64,000 bases of DNA from Thermodesulfobacteriota bacterium (GCA_963675595.2 CAXXLZ010000001.1:1280001-1344000), one strand, 5' to 3'; counted from the stretch's first letter, positions 30,123 through 40,952 are shown. Notes: generated from the letters alone by a model not told the origin. Translations and numbers: made by a program.

Positions 30123-30243
30123 GTCCCGAACCCTTTCCCCGTGCGACGAATCGGAAGAAATCCCTCGCCTTGGCCTGAAACAGAAAGGCGCGGTTCCGAG
30201 CGATAAACAAGAAACTCCGTGGTTTGGCTTCGAACAGAAACAC

Positions 30244-31404
30244 TCAGCGCCCCCACGCCTCAAGTATCTCGGCTTCCAGTTCCGTCCCTTGAATGGTCCA
30301 CCTACGAAGGAAGGCGTCTTCGTTGTAACAGAACGCCAAGAAACATTGCGGCGTCTTCCCGGCGCCGCTCAGCCCCTCATAGATTTCATTGAGAGTCCGG
30401 AACTTGTCATCATCGGAAACGGTGTTGTCCACGTTATTTGCTTCGGTTACGCACCACGGCAACGCGCCGCTCAAGTGTCCAATCTCGTCCACCCGCCTCA
30501 AGTTCGTATTGGCAAAGTCCGCGATGGACTTGAAGTCTCCGATATGATTGTAGGCATGAAAATTGAAAGCGTCGGTCAAGTGTCCAATCAAGGGTAGGAG
30601 TTGCTTCGTCTTGCTGTTATAGAAACTCTCGGTAATGGACGTCAGTCCGCCGTTGACGACAACGGCACTCGGATCCTTGCTCAGAATAAGGTTCCGGGTG
30701 CGTTCAAGAAACGTTGCATACTGCGCCGCGGTAATCGAATTCTCCGTACCGTCCGGACCCGTCATGAACCGCCCGGGCTCCCACATCTCATTCCATATCT
30801 GGTAGGCGTACGCCTTTCCGCGCCCGGCCTCCACCAACGCCGCCACATAGGCCGTCCACGGTCCCTGAAACCACGCCTCGTCGGTCGGCTTCGGGCCTCC
30901 GGCCGAAACGGGATAGTTGGAATACCGGGACTGGTCCTCCAGGCGCACGATGAGCTTCATTCCATATTCGGCGGAGAAGTTGATCACGTCCTGAAGGTGA
31001 GGCTTGATGACCGGATCATCCCACCACGCCTTCCAAAGATTGCTCACCACCCAATCCCCGGAGCGTCGCATTTGGGCAAAATCGTCTCGCGTCGCATATT
31101 TCAAGTAATAACTGTCGGCCTGCGCCCCGATCTCCGACATCTCCGCCCTGGACCCGTATCCGGCCGCGTGCACCTCAAGGGAATAATTCTCCGGCTGATC
31201 CTCAAAAGAGGCCGCCGATACCCCCGCCTCCTGGATCGCCACGGGATTGTAGTGGTATCCGAAGTTATCAGCTCCGAGCGGTCTGTCCGGATCTCCGGAC
31301 AACCCACCGCAACCGCCGAACACACATGCAAAAGCCAAGACGATGAACGCGATAAACAACTCCGCCGCTTCAATCTTCGTGCCGATATTCCAAAATCTCT
31401 TCAT
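30244..31404 (-). CDS. Clan GH-A glycoside hydrolase, putative lipoprotein
   Basis: YQIWNE acid/base, FNFHAY and VTEA nucleophile motifs; signal peptide with Cys (LAFAC/GGCGG). Confidence 0.75.
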   Translation of the reverse strand: MKRFWNIGTKIEAAELFIAFIVLAFACVFGGCGGLSGDPDRPLGADNFGYHYNPVAIQEAGVSAASFEDQPENYSLEVHAAGYGSRAEMSEIGAQADSYYLKYATRDDFAQMRRSGDWVVSNLWKAWWDDPVIKPHLQDVINFSAEYGMKLIVRLEDQSRYSNYPVSAGGPKPTDEAWFQGPWTAYVAALVEAGRGKAYAYQIWNEMWEPGRFMTGPDGTENSITAAQYATFLERTRNLILSKDPSAVVVNGGLTSITESFYNSKTKQLLPLIGHLTDAFNFHAYNHIGDFKSIADFANTNLRRVDEIGHLSGALPWCVTEANNVDNTVSDDDKFRTLNEIYEGLSGAGKTPQCFLAFCYNEDAFLRRWTIQGTELEAEILEAWGR

Positions 31405-32102
31405 TACTTCCCCCAAGATCGCCACGGAAGTTGGTTCTCCGATTCCGCGATTCCCATACGGTTGTCGATTCGCATGTCGGATAGCATTTCCCTGTACTCA
31501 CGCTCCCAAACGCCCGCCTTGGCAAGCGCCGCCCTCACCATGTCGCCCTCGGCGTCCTTCAAGAAACCTTTCCAGAGCACCCAATAGGCAAGAATTATAT
31601 GCCATCGCCGCTCGAACTCGGGCTCGTCGTCCGAATCAGCCAGATCTTCCGGGTACTTGACCCCGTACACCGTCAACGTGTCCCCGGTCGCATCGTCGCT
31701 CGGAAAAGGGAAAATGCGTATTTGTTTGGTAGTGTTTCCGCGAGCATCCACGTAATACAGAGGCGTATCTCCGGTGTTGTCCGAAGACTTCCAGTCGTCC
31801 CCGTACTGAGAACGCATCCACTCCTCGTCCCGCTGCTTCACCTCGCCGCCGTCGTCGTCCCGCTCTATCCACTCGATCCACGCCGTGTCCGACTCCAAGT
31901 TATACAGCGCCGTCCCGGACGCCGCAGCCCCCGTAACAAGGACAATAGTTTCCGTTTTTTTAATACACCCGGTCTTCCAAAGAACCTCCTCCTGCGCTCG
32001 GTTCAATTTTAGGATGTTCTCCTCCCGAGTATACCTGCGGTCGTCTTCGTCTACGTCCTGCCGCTCGACGTCGATGTATTGAAGCAACTGACCGAGATTC
32101 AT
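31404..32102 (-). CDS. Head-tail adaptor (tubular protein A-like)
   Basis: LNRAQ, GDTPLYY, IRIFPFP and DDEPEF..WH motifs. Confidence 0.72.
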   Translation of the reverse strand: MNLGQLLQYIDVERQDVDEDDRRYTREENILKLNRAQEEVLWKTGCIKKTETIVLVTGAAASGTALYNLESDTAWIEWIERDDDGGEVKQRDEEWMRSQYGDDWKSSDNTGDTPLYYVDARGNTTKQIRIFPFPSDDATGDTLTVYGVKYPEDLADSDDEPEFERRWHIILAYWVLWKGFLKDAEGDMVRAALAKAGVWEREYREMLSDMRIDNRMGIAESENQLPWRSWGK

Positions 32103-32129
32103 TCGCTTTCCCCGTTTATAAGGCGAAAA

Positions 32130-33218
32130 TCAGTCCTGCGAAGACGGCCTAACCTCGGAATAGCCATCCCTCCGCAAAACCTTGTGATACAGGTCAATAA
32201 GCTGCCGTATCTGCGCCTCCATGCAAAACTGAAAACGATGCCGAAGCACCGATTCCCGACACTTCCTCTGTAAATCCTTGTCGGCGTAAACTTTCGGGAT
32301 GTCCTCCGGTGAATCCAAGACAACCCCTATCTTGTACTTCGCCACCCACTCCGCCACCTCGGCCGCCCCACACGTCAAAATGGGAACGCCTGCCGCGATG
32401 GACTCAAAAAACTTGTTGGGCATCGCCATGTTCCACTGTTCACACGGTTTCGCCGGGCCGACATAGGCCCATTCGTAACGAGTCAGCTCGCGCAAAAGAT
32501 CAAAATACGGCGTAGACGGGTGAATGCACACGCCGGTGTGCTGATAATACGGCCACCAAGAATTACTTCCGGCGTAGATATGGAAAGGGATTTTGTGTTT
32601 CATACACAGGTTTTCGACAAAACCCCGAAAATCGCCATACTCAAGCCTTGCTACGCCCGCCGGTCTTGTCTCCGGAACGGAAATCAAACCCTCATAGACG
32701 ATTCCATTGGACCTGGGAAACTCATCCACTTCGGGAAACATTCCCTTGGTACACATGGAATACAATACCGTTGACGGCTTTTGCGCCTGTCCATACGTCT
32801 TAAGCGCAAACAGCTCATACGACATCGAAGGAAAAACATAAGCGTCCGCCGAAACAAACGCCTTCAACTCGTCCCGCGTCAAAACATCCGCCGGAGCCAT
32901 GATGGACGGAATGTCGTGAACGTCGTAAACAACCGGCTTGTCCGGGCAAATATCCTTTGCCCGCCAAACCATCCAGTCGGGCATGTTGTGAACATGGATA
33001 ATGTCGGCCTGTTCGGCGTGCATTTGCAGCTTGAGCGCGAAATCATTTTCGTTCTCATAAAGCGAAAAAGCGGGGAGCATGTATTGACTCTCTATGTTCG
33101 CCGTCCGCTGATGAAGAAAAAGAAGGTTGACGCCCTCTCGTATCAACGCCATGGCCTGCTTGACCACCCGGATACAACAATGGCTGCTTACCACCAAAAC
33201 GGATATCGGTTGATCCAC
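32130..33218 (-). CDS. GT-B (GT4-like) glycosyltransferase
   Basis: IIHVHN, VVYDVHD and PNKFFESIAAGVPIL. Confidence 0.88.
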   Translation of the reverse strand: MDQPISVLVVSSHCCIRVVKQAMALIREGVNLLFLHQRTANIESQYMLPAFSLYENENDFALKLQMHAEQADIIHVHNMPDWMVWRAKDICPDKPVVYDVHDIPSIMAPADVLTRDELKAFVSADAYVFPSMSYELFALKTYGQAQKPSTVLYSMCTKGMFPEVDEFPRSNGIVYEGLISVPETRPAGVARLEYGDFRGFVENLCMKHKIPFHIYAGSNSWWPYYQHTGVCIHPSTPYFDLLRELTRYEWAYVGPAKPCEQWNMAMPNKFFESIAAGVPILTCGAAEVAEWVAKYKIGVVLDSPEDIPKVYADKDLQRKCRESVLRHRFQFCMEAQIRQLIDLYHKVLRRDGYSEVRPSSQD

Positions 33219-33291
33219 AACACCCCCGTTAAACCGACCCCGCCAAGTATCTCGGCGGAGCCGGTCGCATTTGTTTAACTTAGCCCGCCGG

Positions 33292-33786
33292 TTATTCGGT
33301 TCCGGACGCGCCGATTGCGCTCGGTCCGCTCGGAGGCACGTTGAAGTTGATGAAACTCCCGTAAGAAGCCAAAGACTGCGTTCCCAGAACGGTCGTCTTT
33401 GCGCTCGCCCTTACGACGACGCCCCCGATCACCACCTTGCTCGAAGGGCACTCCGGCCACTCGGCAAGAGTGGCGTTCGCAGCAATCTCCCCGGCCACGG
33501 CGGTAACCGTGCTCCCATCGTCCACGATGAGCTGTTTCTGAGCCTCATAGGTCGCCAACGTCGCACCCTCGCTGGTGCTCATTGCCATCCCGGACGCCGC
33601 CGCGTCCGCATACAGCGTACTGTCGATGACCATGTTGACGGTATTCGCCGTCTTAAATGTCGCCGGATCCGCAACGCAGGCCGCCAAACCGCCGGAACTG
33701 GTCGCATGGTTCTTCTGCAGGGACACGAGCTTCGCAACAACGTCCCTCATGTCCTTATGGTTAATACGTCGGTTCCATCCCCACAT
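33292..33786 (-). CDS. Putative capsid decoration/structural protein
   Basis: Ala/Thr-rich; downstream of the MCP. Confidence 0.5.
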   Translation of the reverse strand: MWGWNRRINHKDMRDVVAKLVSLQKNHATSSGGLAACVADPATFKTANTVNMVIDSTLYADAAASGMAMSTSEGATLATYEAQKQLIVDDGSTVTAVAGEIAANATLAEWPECPSSKVVIGGVVVRASAKTTVLGTQSLASYGSFINFNVPPSGPSAIGASGTE

Positions 33787-33826
33787 GTCGTTGATCCTCC
33801 TTTAAGGACCCGCCGTCCCGTTAGAA

Positions 33827-34177
33827 TCAGGCCGCTTTCGCCGCCTTCTCTTTGGGAGGCGGTTCCTCCTTCTCGGGCTCCTTAATCACCGGGCCCCGAT
33901 CCTCGAAAGGAAACCGCATGATGTCGTTGAAAACCGTCTCGACTTCACCGGTTCGCCTGTCACGTTTTTGAATCACTTCGGTCGTAATCGCGTTCTTCAG
34001 GATCTCCACCACTTCCACCGGCAAATTGACTTCCTTCATCCGCGGAATTCGGAACGAACGACCGTTCAACCCTACATACACATACAAATGTCCGCCCTGG
34101 TCCTCGGGACCGTTGTGGATGTAGACCCTGCGTTGCTCCCCGCTCAACTTCAAGGGGTTCCTGCTATTGCTTGCCAT
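33827..34177 (-). CDS. Conserved head-module protein
   Basis: VGLNGRSFRIPR...VVEILKNA...RFPF motif, of the type seen after N4-type MCP genes. Confidence 0.6.
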   Translation of the reverse strand: MASNSRNPLKLSGEQRRVYIHNGPEDQGGHLYVYVGLNGRSFRIPRMKEVNLPVEVVEILKNAITTEVIQKRDRRTGEVETVFNDIMRFPFEDRGPVIKEPEKEEPPPKEKAAKAA

Positions 34178-34234
34178 CAAACACCTTCCGTGCTTTCCCG
34201 CCCACCCCACCCGTAAACACAAACCACGGCCGGC

Positions 34235-35233
34235 TTAGACGGTCGCGTAGACCTCGAGCCTGGCCATCCAGGAGTCGTTCAAAATGACCGCGCCCTGCAT
34301 GGACTTCCAGCCGACGTGACCGCGCTGGCCGAGCGGATCGCTGTCGCTCGGTTTGGGGTTGACGACCATGGGAGTGACCGCATACTGACCGCGCAACGCC
34401 GAAAGGGCGAAGGCGTCCTTTGCAAAGATGAACGCGGGATACACGTCGTAACTCGCGCCGCTCGTGCTCTCCCACGTGGCCGTTCCGGAAACCGCCTTTC
34501 CGGAGTCGGCCCAAGGAGTAATCAACTGACTTTTGACCCAACGAACGTCCTCGATGGCGCCGATCTCGCTCTCGAAGAGCTGCTTCTGCCCACCGTAATC
34601 CTTCACGTCGATGAAGCCCGTGGCGTTCCGAATGTCCGAAACCAAGTCGGTATGCACCAACCCGATGAACCCGCCCAACACGTTCTCCGTGTTGAAATTC
34701 GGGGTACTGGCAACCATCTCGGTGATGCGCTCCGCGTATTCCCGTTCCAGCGCCTTCACGGCCTTGCGCTGCATCTTCCGACTGAACGTTCCGGAAATGG
34801 TATCCCTGGTATTTCCGCTGCCGCCGTAAAACACATTGGTTCCACCGCGGATCGCCTGGAATCGAACCGTCTCGATCATCTTGCTGGCCTGCTGCCCCAA
34901 CCGCTTATTGGCGGTCTGCAACACCGGATCTTCGTGCGTATCCTGCACGATATCGGAAATCTCAACCCGGTCGCCATACTGCTTCAGCGTGAGAGTGATG
35001 TCGGTTCGGGTCATCTTCGTCGCCGCCGGAGTGACGCCTTCCGTCAACTCATTCGGCGTGAAGTCGAAAGCCTCGTACCGACCAAAAATCATGCTCTTGG
35101 AATTTCGAGCGGGCAACGGCTGAGAAGTGCCGATCCGCTCCAAAACCTGATACGGCATGCCCACCTCGAGCAGCTTGGGCACCGTATACGCCGCGGTACG
35201 CGGCGAAATATCACCATATTCTGTCCTGGCCAT
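34235..35233 (-). CDS. Major capsid protein, N4-gp56 family
   Basis: LTEGVTP, LKQYG, EIGAIEDVRWV and SDPLGQRGHVGWK. Confidence 0.92.
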   Translation of the reverse strand: MARTEYGDISPRTAAYTVPKLLEVGMPYQVLERIGTSQPLPARNSKSMIFGRYEAFDFTPNELTEGVTPAATKMTRTDITLTLKQYGDRVEISDIVQDTHEDPVLQTANKRLGQQASKMIETVRFQAIRGGTNVFYGGSGNTRDTISGTFSRKMQRKAVKALEREYAERITEMVASTPNFNTENVLGGFIGLVHTDLVSDIRNATGFIDVKDYGGQKQLFESEIGAIEDVRWVKSQLITPWADSGKAVSGTATWESTSGASYDVYPAFIFAKDAFALSALRGQYAVTPMVVNPKPSDSDPLGQRGHVGWKSMQGAVILNDSWMARLEVYATV

Positions 35234-35303
35234 TCCTATGTCTCCCGTCGTCGGGAACACCCAGGACGATTACCTTTCTCATTCCACGCCCCGAGAATTC
35301 CCG

Positions 35304-36359
35304 CTATCGTCGATAATTCCGAGTGGCCTCCGACCAAGCGCCCTCGAAATCGTTCATGTCCGGCTTGCTTCTCGGAATGACTCCTCCGCGACTGTCCACA
35401 ACCTCGGCCTCCTGAGACCTGTCCCGCTTCTTCGTACCGGCTCCGTTGTTACCGCCCGGCGTGATCCCCTTGGCTTCCTTGTACCGCCCAAGCAGATCAA
35501 TCGCCGCCTGCCCACCCTCATTCAGATAGACGTAACGGTTGTAACGACCCTCCGGCGTGTCCCCCAAGGAGGCCAACCACTGACCAAGAGGGCTTGACCA
35601 AACATTCCCGGGCTGCGTCTCCGCCGTATACGAATCCACGTCGGGATGCGCCTCCCGTATCGGTGCAAGCTGTCTCTCAAGTGCAGCCTGTCTCTCAGCC
35701 TCTTCGACGCGCCGACGATCGGCGGCCTCTCTCGCCGCCAGCTTCTTTTCTATCGCCGTCAACGCCCTCACCACCGGCTCATCGTCGCCGTACTCCGAAG
35801 CCAACGCCTTAATCGCGTCCTGCTCCCCTTCCTCCGACTCGGAACCCTTCGCGCCCTGTCCGCCCTTACCGTCGGGGGGCTGCCCCTTTCCTGCGTCGGA
35901 GTTGGCAGTTCCGTCTCCGCCCTTTCGGGCCGCCTCAAGCTCCGCCTTTAGTCGCGCGTTCTCCTGTGCAAGCTCGTTTCTCTGCCGATCGGAGGCGCTA
36001 AGCCGACCCTCCCAGGAGGCAACCTTCTGCTGCAAAGCCCGCAGCTCGGCCTCCTTCGGGTCTTCTTCTTTCGTCTTCGCTCCCCTCGGCTCCTCTTCCT
36101 TCGACGGCTGTTTGTCGGCGAACCCTTCCTCGGACGCCGCAGTCTCTTGTTCCCTGTCCTCATCCTTCGAGGGGAGATCATCCGCCTCCGGCTTCTCCGT
36201 GGTCGCCGCCTTCCACGCCGCCTCAAATTCCTCCGAGTCGTCGGCCGAAGCCTCCGGCCCTTCGTTGTCCACCCGTTGTTCTTCCGAACCGCGAGCGCCG
36301 CCTTCTTCAACGACTGAGCGCTCGGTCGGTTCCTTCTCGTCAATAACTTCCTTGGACAT
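35304..36359 (-). CDS. Scaffolding protein
   Basis: Acidic low-complexity N-terminus; coiled coil; IREAHPD; lies between portal and MCP. Confidence 0.72.
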   Translation of the reverse strand: MSKEVIDEKEPTERSVVEEGGARGSEEQRVDNEGPEASADDSEEFEAAWKAATTEKPEADDLPSKDEDREQETAASEEGFADKQPSKEEEPRGAKTKEEDPKEAELRALQQKVASWEGRLSASDRQRNELAQENARLKAELEAARKGGDGTANSDAGKGQPPDGKGGQGAKGSESEEGEQDAIKALASEYGDDEPVVRALTAIEKKLAAREAADRRRVEEAERQAALERQLAPIREAHPDVDSYTAETQPGNVWSSPLGQWLASLGDTPEGRYNRYVYLNEGGQAAIDLLGRYKEAKGITPGGNNGAGTKKRDRSQEAEVVDSRGGVIPRSKPDMNDFEGAWSEATRNYRR

Positions 36360-36448
36360 GCCGTCCCCCTTGGTGCGGGCGCCTTACCGGCGTATCCGCA
36401 AGTTAAAACCTCGCCCGGTGTCCCCCGAAAACCGAAGGGCCGGAACCT

Positions 36449-36730
36449 CTATTCCTCGTCCCCTTCGTCGGGCGATCCACCCGGCAAAGAGGCTAAAATC
36501 TCGTGTCGCATCGACTCCGCAAACGCAAAACCGCCACGCAAATATTCGGTTCTGTCCATGGGAAGTGTATGGGCGCACAGGTTCGTCTTGATGTCCTCCT
36601 GCGCCACCGTCAGAAGCGCCACAAACGCATTCACCAACGGAGAGCCTTGCGCCGACCTAACCGTGTTTCTCGCGTCGTTGAACGCCTTCAATTGACTCTT
36701 GGTAACCGTTGACCGTCTCGGATTGAACAT
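36449..36730 (-). CDS. Small head-module protein
   Basis: EYLRG motif; immediately after the portal. Confidence 0.55.
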   Translation of the reverse strand: MFNPRRSTVTKSQLKAFNDARNTVRSAQGSPLVNAFVALLTVAQEDIKTNLCAHTLPMDRTEYLRGGFAFAESMRHEILASLPGGSPDEGDEE

Positions 36731-36732
36731 TA

Positions 36733-38715
36733 TCAGGCCGCCTCTCTCATTCCTGCGCCCTCGTCGCGACTGAGCGCTCGGTCGGTTTCAGCCGCCGAGT
36801 TTTCCTTGTCGGCCGCAGCCGCAGCCTGCAAAACAGCCATTTCCTGCTGCCGCCGCTGCTCCATCAAAATCTCGTCCAGCTCCTTAACCACGTCCCGAAT
36901 ATTCATGCTCTCCGCTCGCTTCACCAACAGCTTCCACCGATCCACCAGCGGAGCATCCATAGGATTCAGCGTATCGGCCGCAAACTCCCTCAAGCTCTGC
37001 TTCATCAACTCCTTATCCAGCACGGCACTCAACCCGGTCGCGATCACCTCCCAATCACCCTTGATGTCGTCCCGGTCGCTCCTCTCCATGTTGTAATCCA
37101 CCATCGCCCGGATCAACGGTCGCGTAACGTAGGTATCCCACACCCCCAACTGCGCCAGGTAAACGATCGCCAATTGCCCCATCAACATACTCAGACCGGT
37201 AGCCGTCTTCGCCCCGCCGCCCACCTTCGCGTCCCCGTACATGTACCGAGGCGTCATACTGATCTCGTCGAGCTCGAGTCCGGCGCGATCCAAAAGCATC
37301 AGCGCAAACTGCAAAATATTCGGCAGGGAATGAACACGCAACGCCGGGTATCCACTGTCCCCCGGGGCAATCGCCTTGCGGAGCAAAACCCGCCAAGGAA
37401 ACATCTTTGTCGGATTCTTCTCTTTGCGACTCAACAGGTCCTCGTTGACCTCGAAAATCGCCCCCGCCGTAATCGCCGCATTATCCAACGCCACGCGAAT
37501 CGAAGCGTTGTACATCTCTTGCGGATGTCTCAGATATTCCGCCATCCCGACGCCGAAGATCGAAGAATCGTCCTTGTCGAAGTAGTACAACTGGTACGGC
37601 CACCGATCCGTACCCTCAAACGGATTGATCACCGCCTTGATGACCAGCGGTCCCAGCATCCACACGTTGCACCGAAACTCCATGCCCAACTGGTCGTCGG
37701 CGACGTCTCCCCCGCAATCCCTTAAGTCGTTACCGCTCAACCATGCCCATCCCTCTATGGGCTCAAACCGCCTGCCGACCGGAGGGCTCCCCGTCTGCTC
37801 CCCCTCCGCGGCCATCATGAAAATCTCCTGCTCGTGATTCGACCAACTAAAGTCGCCGTTCCGCATCTCGCTCAAATACTTCAGGATCAAATCCTTACGG
37901 AATCCAGGACGCTCCGCCAACCGCAACAGCTCATGCGGCAACATCACGTGCCGCTGAAAAACGAACTCGGCGTTCTCGATATCCGTAGCCGACATGTCGG
38001 GGAAAAAATCCCAAATCCTCACAAACTGAACGAAGGGAACCGCTTCCTCTTCCGCCCGGTTCCTCCACCCGTCCTCTCCGGGAACCCAACGATTCCGTCT
38101 CCGATACTTCACCAAGGGCCCCTTCACCACCCCTGTCCCGTACAAATGTCCGCTGTGTATCGCAAACCCGCACACCCGCTTGTAATCGCACTCCGTCAAC
38201 TGATCCTCGATTACAAGCGCCATTCGCTTCGCCCGTTCCTTGATCTCCTTGTCGATCTCCGACTTGATCTCTTCCGCACTCAACTGCGTCACTTGATCCG
38301 GCGGAACCCCGGCCGCCGTCTCCTGCTCCATCCGCGCCGCCTGCGCCAGCATAACCACCTGTTGAATTTCGTCGATCACCGCCGGATGCGGCTCGGGCTC
38401 AGGACTCGGCTTCACGTCGAAATTCCGGCTCTCCCCCGCCGGCCACAGCTTGTCCATCAACTGAGAATCCAACGTCAAAATCTTCGGTCGCGTCTTATTC
38501 AAGAACACCCGGCTGCGATTCTCATCCAGGCTCGACAAAAAGCTCGGATCATACTGCCCCTTGTATTGCCGAAGACTGTCCAACCAGACCTTCTCGTACG
38601 CCTGCTCCCGCAACTTCCGAGTCTCCTCGAACATGCGACGCAACTTCCATCCCACCTCCGTCGCCATGTCCTTCACCGGACCCGTATAAGAAACTTCGGC
38701 TCTCTCGCTCGCCAT
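36733..38715 (-). CDS. Portal protein (podovirus type)
   Basis: LYGTGVVKGP, WDFFPD and KTATGLSMLMG. Confidence 0.9.
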   Translation of the reverse strand: MASERAEVSYTGPVKDMATEVGWKLRRMFEETRKLREQAYEKVWLDSLRQYKGQYDPSFLSSLDENRSRVFLNKTRPKILTLDSQLMDKLWPAGESRNFDVKPSPEPEPHPAVIDEIQQVVMLAQAARMEQETAAGVPPDQVTQLSAEEIKSEIDKEIKERAKRMALVIEDQLTECDYKRVCGFAIHSGHLYGTGVVKGPLVKYRRRNRWVPGEDGWRNRAEEEAVPFVQFVRIWDFFPDMSATDIENAEFVFQRHVMLPHELLRLAERPGFRKDLILKYLSEMRNGDFSWSNHEQEIFMMAAEGEQTGSPPVGRRFEPIEGWAWLSGNDLRDCGGDVADDQLGMEFRCNVWMLGPLVIKAVINPFEGTDRWPYQLYYFDKDDSSIFGVGMAEYLRHPQEMYNASIRVALDNAAITAGAIFEVNEDLLSRKEKNPTKMFPWRVLLRKAIAPGDSGYPALRVHSLPNILQFALMLLDRAGLELDEISMTPRYMYGDAKVGGGAKTATGLSMLMGQLAIVYLAQLGVWDTYVTRPLIRAMVDYNMERSDRDDIKGDWEVIATGLSAVLDKELMKQSLREFAADTLNPMDAPLVDRWKLLVKRAESMNIRDVVKELDEILMEQRRQQEMAVLQAAAAADKENSAAETDRALSRDEGAGMREAA

Positions 38716-38717
38716 GC

Positions 38718-40205
38718 TCAGTACCCCGCAACCCCGGCCCTATAGTCAAAATACTCGTCCGGAACCTCATACCCTCCGCCCGAAACCAACGAGGCCCCCC
38801 CGGAAGTCTCCGCGAACATCGCCGCATACTGCTGCGCGTCATGCACATGCGAATAGATATTCTTCTTCGGCTCGTCCCGGTATATCTCCTCACCCCCGGA
38901 TACCTGCACCCGCGCAAAACAGTACCCGCCCAAGAACCCCTTCTTGAGCCTCTTACACTTCGAGGAAAGCAGATATCCGGGACCACCACCCGCCGCCAGT
39001 TTCGTCAAATAACTCTTCACCGCGTCCGTCCGAGGGGTAATCATGTTCGTCTTCGCAGGCGTCACATTGATACCAACCTTGTCCTTTAAAATCTGGATAG
39101 CCCAAATCTCATCCGCCTCCGACTTCCGGTTTCCGCTCGGATCACCCGTATGAAACACCTCGTATCCACTGAAGTTGTTCGCCAAATACGGCTTCACCTT
39201 GTCCCGACCAAACTGTCTCGCCCCCATGTTCTCCGTATACAACTCGTCCAACGTCCTCAACTGACCGCTCGGCAACAACTGATTCACCACAATCGCCGGC
39301 GTCCTCCCGAAGTCCCACCCAACAATCAACGGCAAACCCTGCACCGGAACCAACGCCGTCCTGGACCCGTGCACCAAATCGTTGTACTCCGGATACACGG
39401 GCTTTCCGTGCTGCACCGTCCCGTATCTCCCCTCCAGGTAAACCCGGATCCACTCCCGAGTCTTACCCGGAATCTGGCTCATCCAGTAATCAAATCCGAG
39501 AGTATGATTCTCCACATTCTCCGCGGGAGGATACGCGCCCTGCCCGTAATTCGGCTCATACCTGCCGCTCCCCGTCTCCACTTCAAACACCGCCGGAGGC
39601 TGCTGGAAAAACTCGTACCCCTCCAGCTCCTCCTCCTCCGCCATCGAATACCACCAGTGATCGTCGTCCGGGGGGTTCGTATCCATGATAAGTCCGCGCC
39701 AATTAAACCCGCCCCACTTCTTCGGCGGATACCGACCCGTTCGACCAAGGGCCATATCAAGGACGGATCGCGGAATCTGTCTCGCCTCGTTGACCCATAT
39801 TCCCGTCAGCTCGAGGGAAAGCAGCTTCTTTATGTCCTCCGGCCGGTCAAGCGCCAAAAAATAAATCTCCGCATCAATCCCATACTTCTTCGAATACAAC
39901 TTCCCGCAAATCGGGTGAGAAAACTTCACATTGAATATCGAAGGAGGAAACCACTCCTGCACCGTCTTGATCGTCGTCGTCTCAAGCTCCGGATACGTAT
40001 TCCGTATCACCGCCCACCGACTACGCTTCCACCCCTTATACTCAACCTGCCTATTGCACCGAATAAACATCTCCAACGTACAACCAACCGACTTACCACT
40101 CCCAATCGGACCCATAATCCCACGCACCAAGGCGTTAGACCGATGAAAGTTCGAAATAGTCGGCGTCGCTATGTAATCTACGTTTTCGTTCGGTGCCAAT
40201 CTCAT
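38718..40205 (-). CDS. terL: Terminase large subunit
   Basis: GPIGSGKS, WVNEA, DTNPP, GWDFGRTP and HVHDAQQY. Confidence 0.93.
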   Translation of the reverse strand: MRLAPNENVDYIATPTISNFHRSNALVRGIMGPIGSGKSVGCTLEMFIRCNRQVEYKGWKRSRWAVIRNTYPELETTTIKTVQEWFPPSIFNVKFSHPICGKLYSKKYGIDAEIYFLALDRPEDIKKLLSLELTGIWVNEARQIPRSVLDMALGRTGRYPPKKWGGFNWRGLIMDTNPPDDDHWWYSMAEEEELEGYEFFQQPPAVFEVETGSGRYEPNYGQGAYPPAENVENHTLGFDYWMSQIPGKTREWIRVYLEGRYGTVQHGKPVYPEYNDLVHGSRTALVPVQGLPLIVGWDFGRTPAIVVNQLLPSGQLRTLDELYTENMGARQFGRDKVKPYLANNFSGYEVFHTGDPSGNRKSEADEIWAIQILKDKVGINVTPAKTNMITPRTDAVKSYLTKLAAGGGPGYLLSSKCKRLKKGFLGGYCFARVQVSGGEEIYRDEPKKNIYSHVHDAQQYAAMFAETSGGASLVSGGGYEVPDEYFDYRAGVAGY

Positions 40206-40549
40206 AACGTAACGGTCGATGCTCCCATGTTGTTGATCCGACGCCTCACAGTACGATCAATCCCGTCGGCAAACTCCTCGACGACACCTCGAAACATCTC
40301 CGGAATCGGAGGCGACGTCCGAGAACGATCACGGAAAAACCGATCAATCATGCCGCCTACGGCATAAGCCGTCTCTCGCTCGGCGGACTCGTGGGGGCGA
40401 ACCACGAAACCGTCCCGGGGATGAACATAAAGGGACAACGGAGAATCCTTCTTACCTCTCTTGCTACGTTGCCAATCCTCAAAAAGACCGGCGTCGGCGG
40501 GACGCTCAAGCTCACTGAAAAAATCCGTCATCGAATCATTCCTACGCAC
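40202..40549 (-). CDS. Hypothetical protein
   Basis: Stop overlaps the terL start. Confidence 0.4.
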   Translation of the reverse strand: MRRNDSMTDFFSELERPADAGLFEDWQRSKRGKKDSPLSLYVHPRDGFVVRPHESAERETAYAVGGMIDRFFRDRSRTSPPIPEMFRGVVEEFADGIDRTVRRRINNMGASTVTL

Positions 40550-40926
40550 CCTCTCAGATGTGGAGCCCCAAACTTAATAACCCTGGCCCTTGAGGCGTCA
40601 TCTCCAACGCGCCGAATCAGCACCTCTTTCGAGCCGTCGAAATGGTGGACTGTCTCCATTCTTACCTCGTGTACGGACGCCCCCATGTCGTTCAGCTCCT
40701 CCATGATCCTGTCATCCATGGCCTTGGCCTGAAACTCAACCATCTCCACGAACGCCTTTCGAACAGGATCTGACTCGTCTCCCTTGTCCTCCAGTTCGCC
40801 GGAGTTCATAGAAAAAGTCGCAGAATGCGTGTCATGCAGGTTAAGCCTCGGAAACTGAAATTCAAAGCGTCGAATCGGCCTGAATGCCTTGCCTAAAAAC
40901 GGGACCAATGCACCACCAAAAGGCAT
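40528..40926 (-). CDS. Hypothetical protein
   Basis: GGAGG RBS; co-oriented with the operon. Confidence 0.45.
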   Translation of the reverse strand: MPFGGALVPFLGKAFRPIRRFEFQFPRLNLHDTHSATFSMNSGELEDKGDESDPVRKAFVEMVEFQAKAMDDRIMEELNDMGASVHEVRMETVHHFDGSKEVLIRRVGDDASRARVIKFGAPHLRGCVGMIR

Positions 40927-40952
40927 ATCAACCTCCCTGCAAACGCTGAAGC

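Noticed and set aside
8466-40367. Many long plus-strand ORFs opposite the structural genes (e.g. 21612-22940, 25758-27104, 39150-40367)
   Set aside because: Antisense shadow frames of GC-rich coding sequence.
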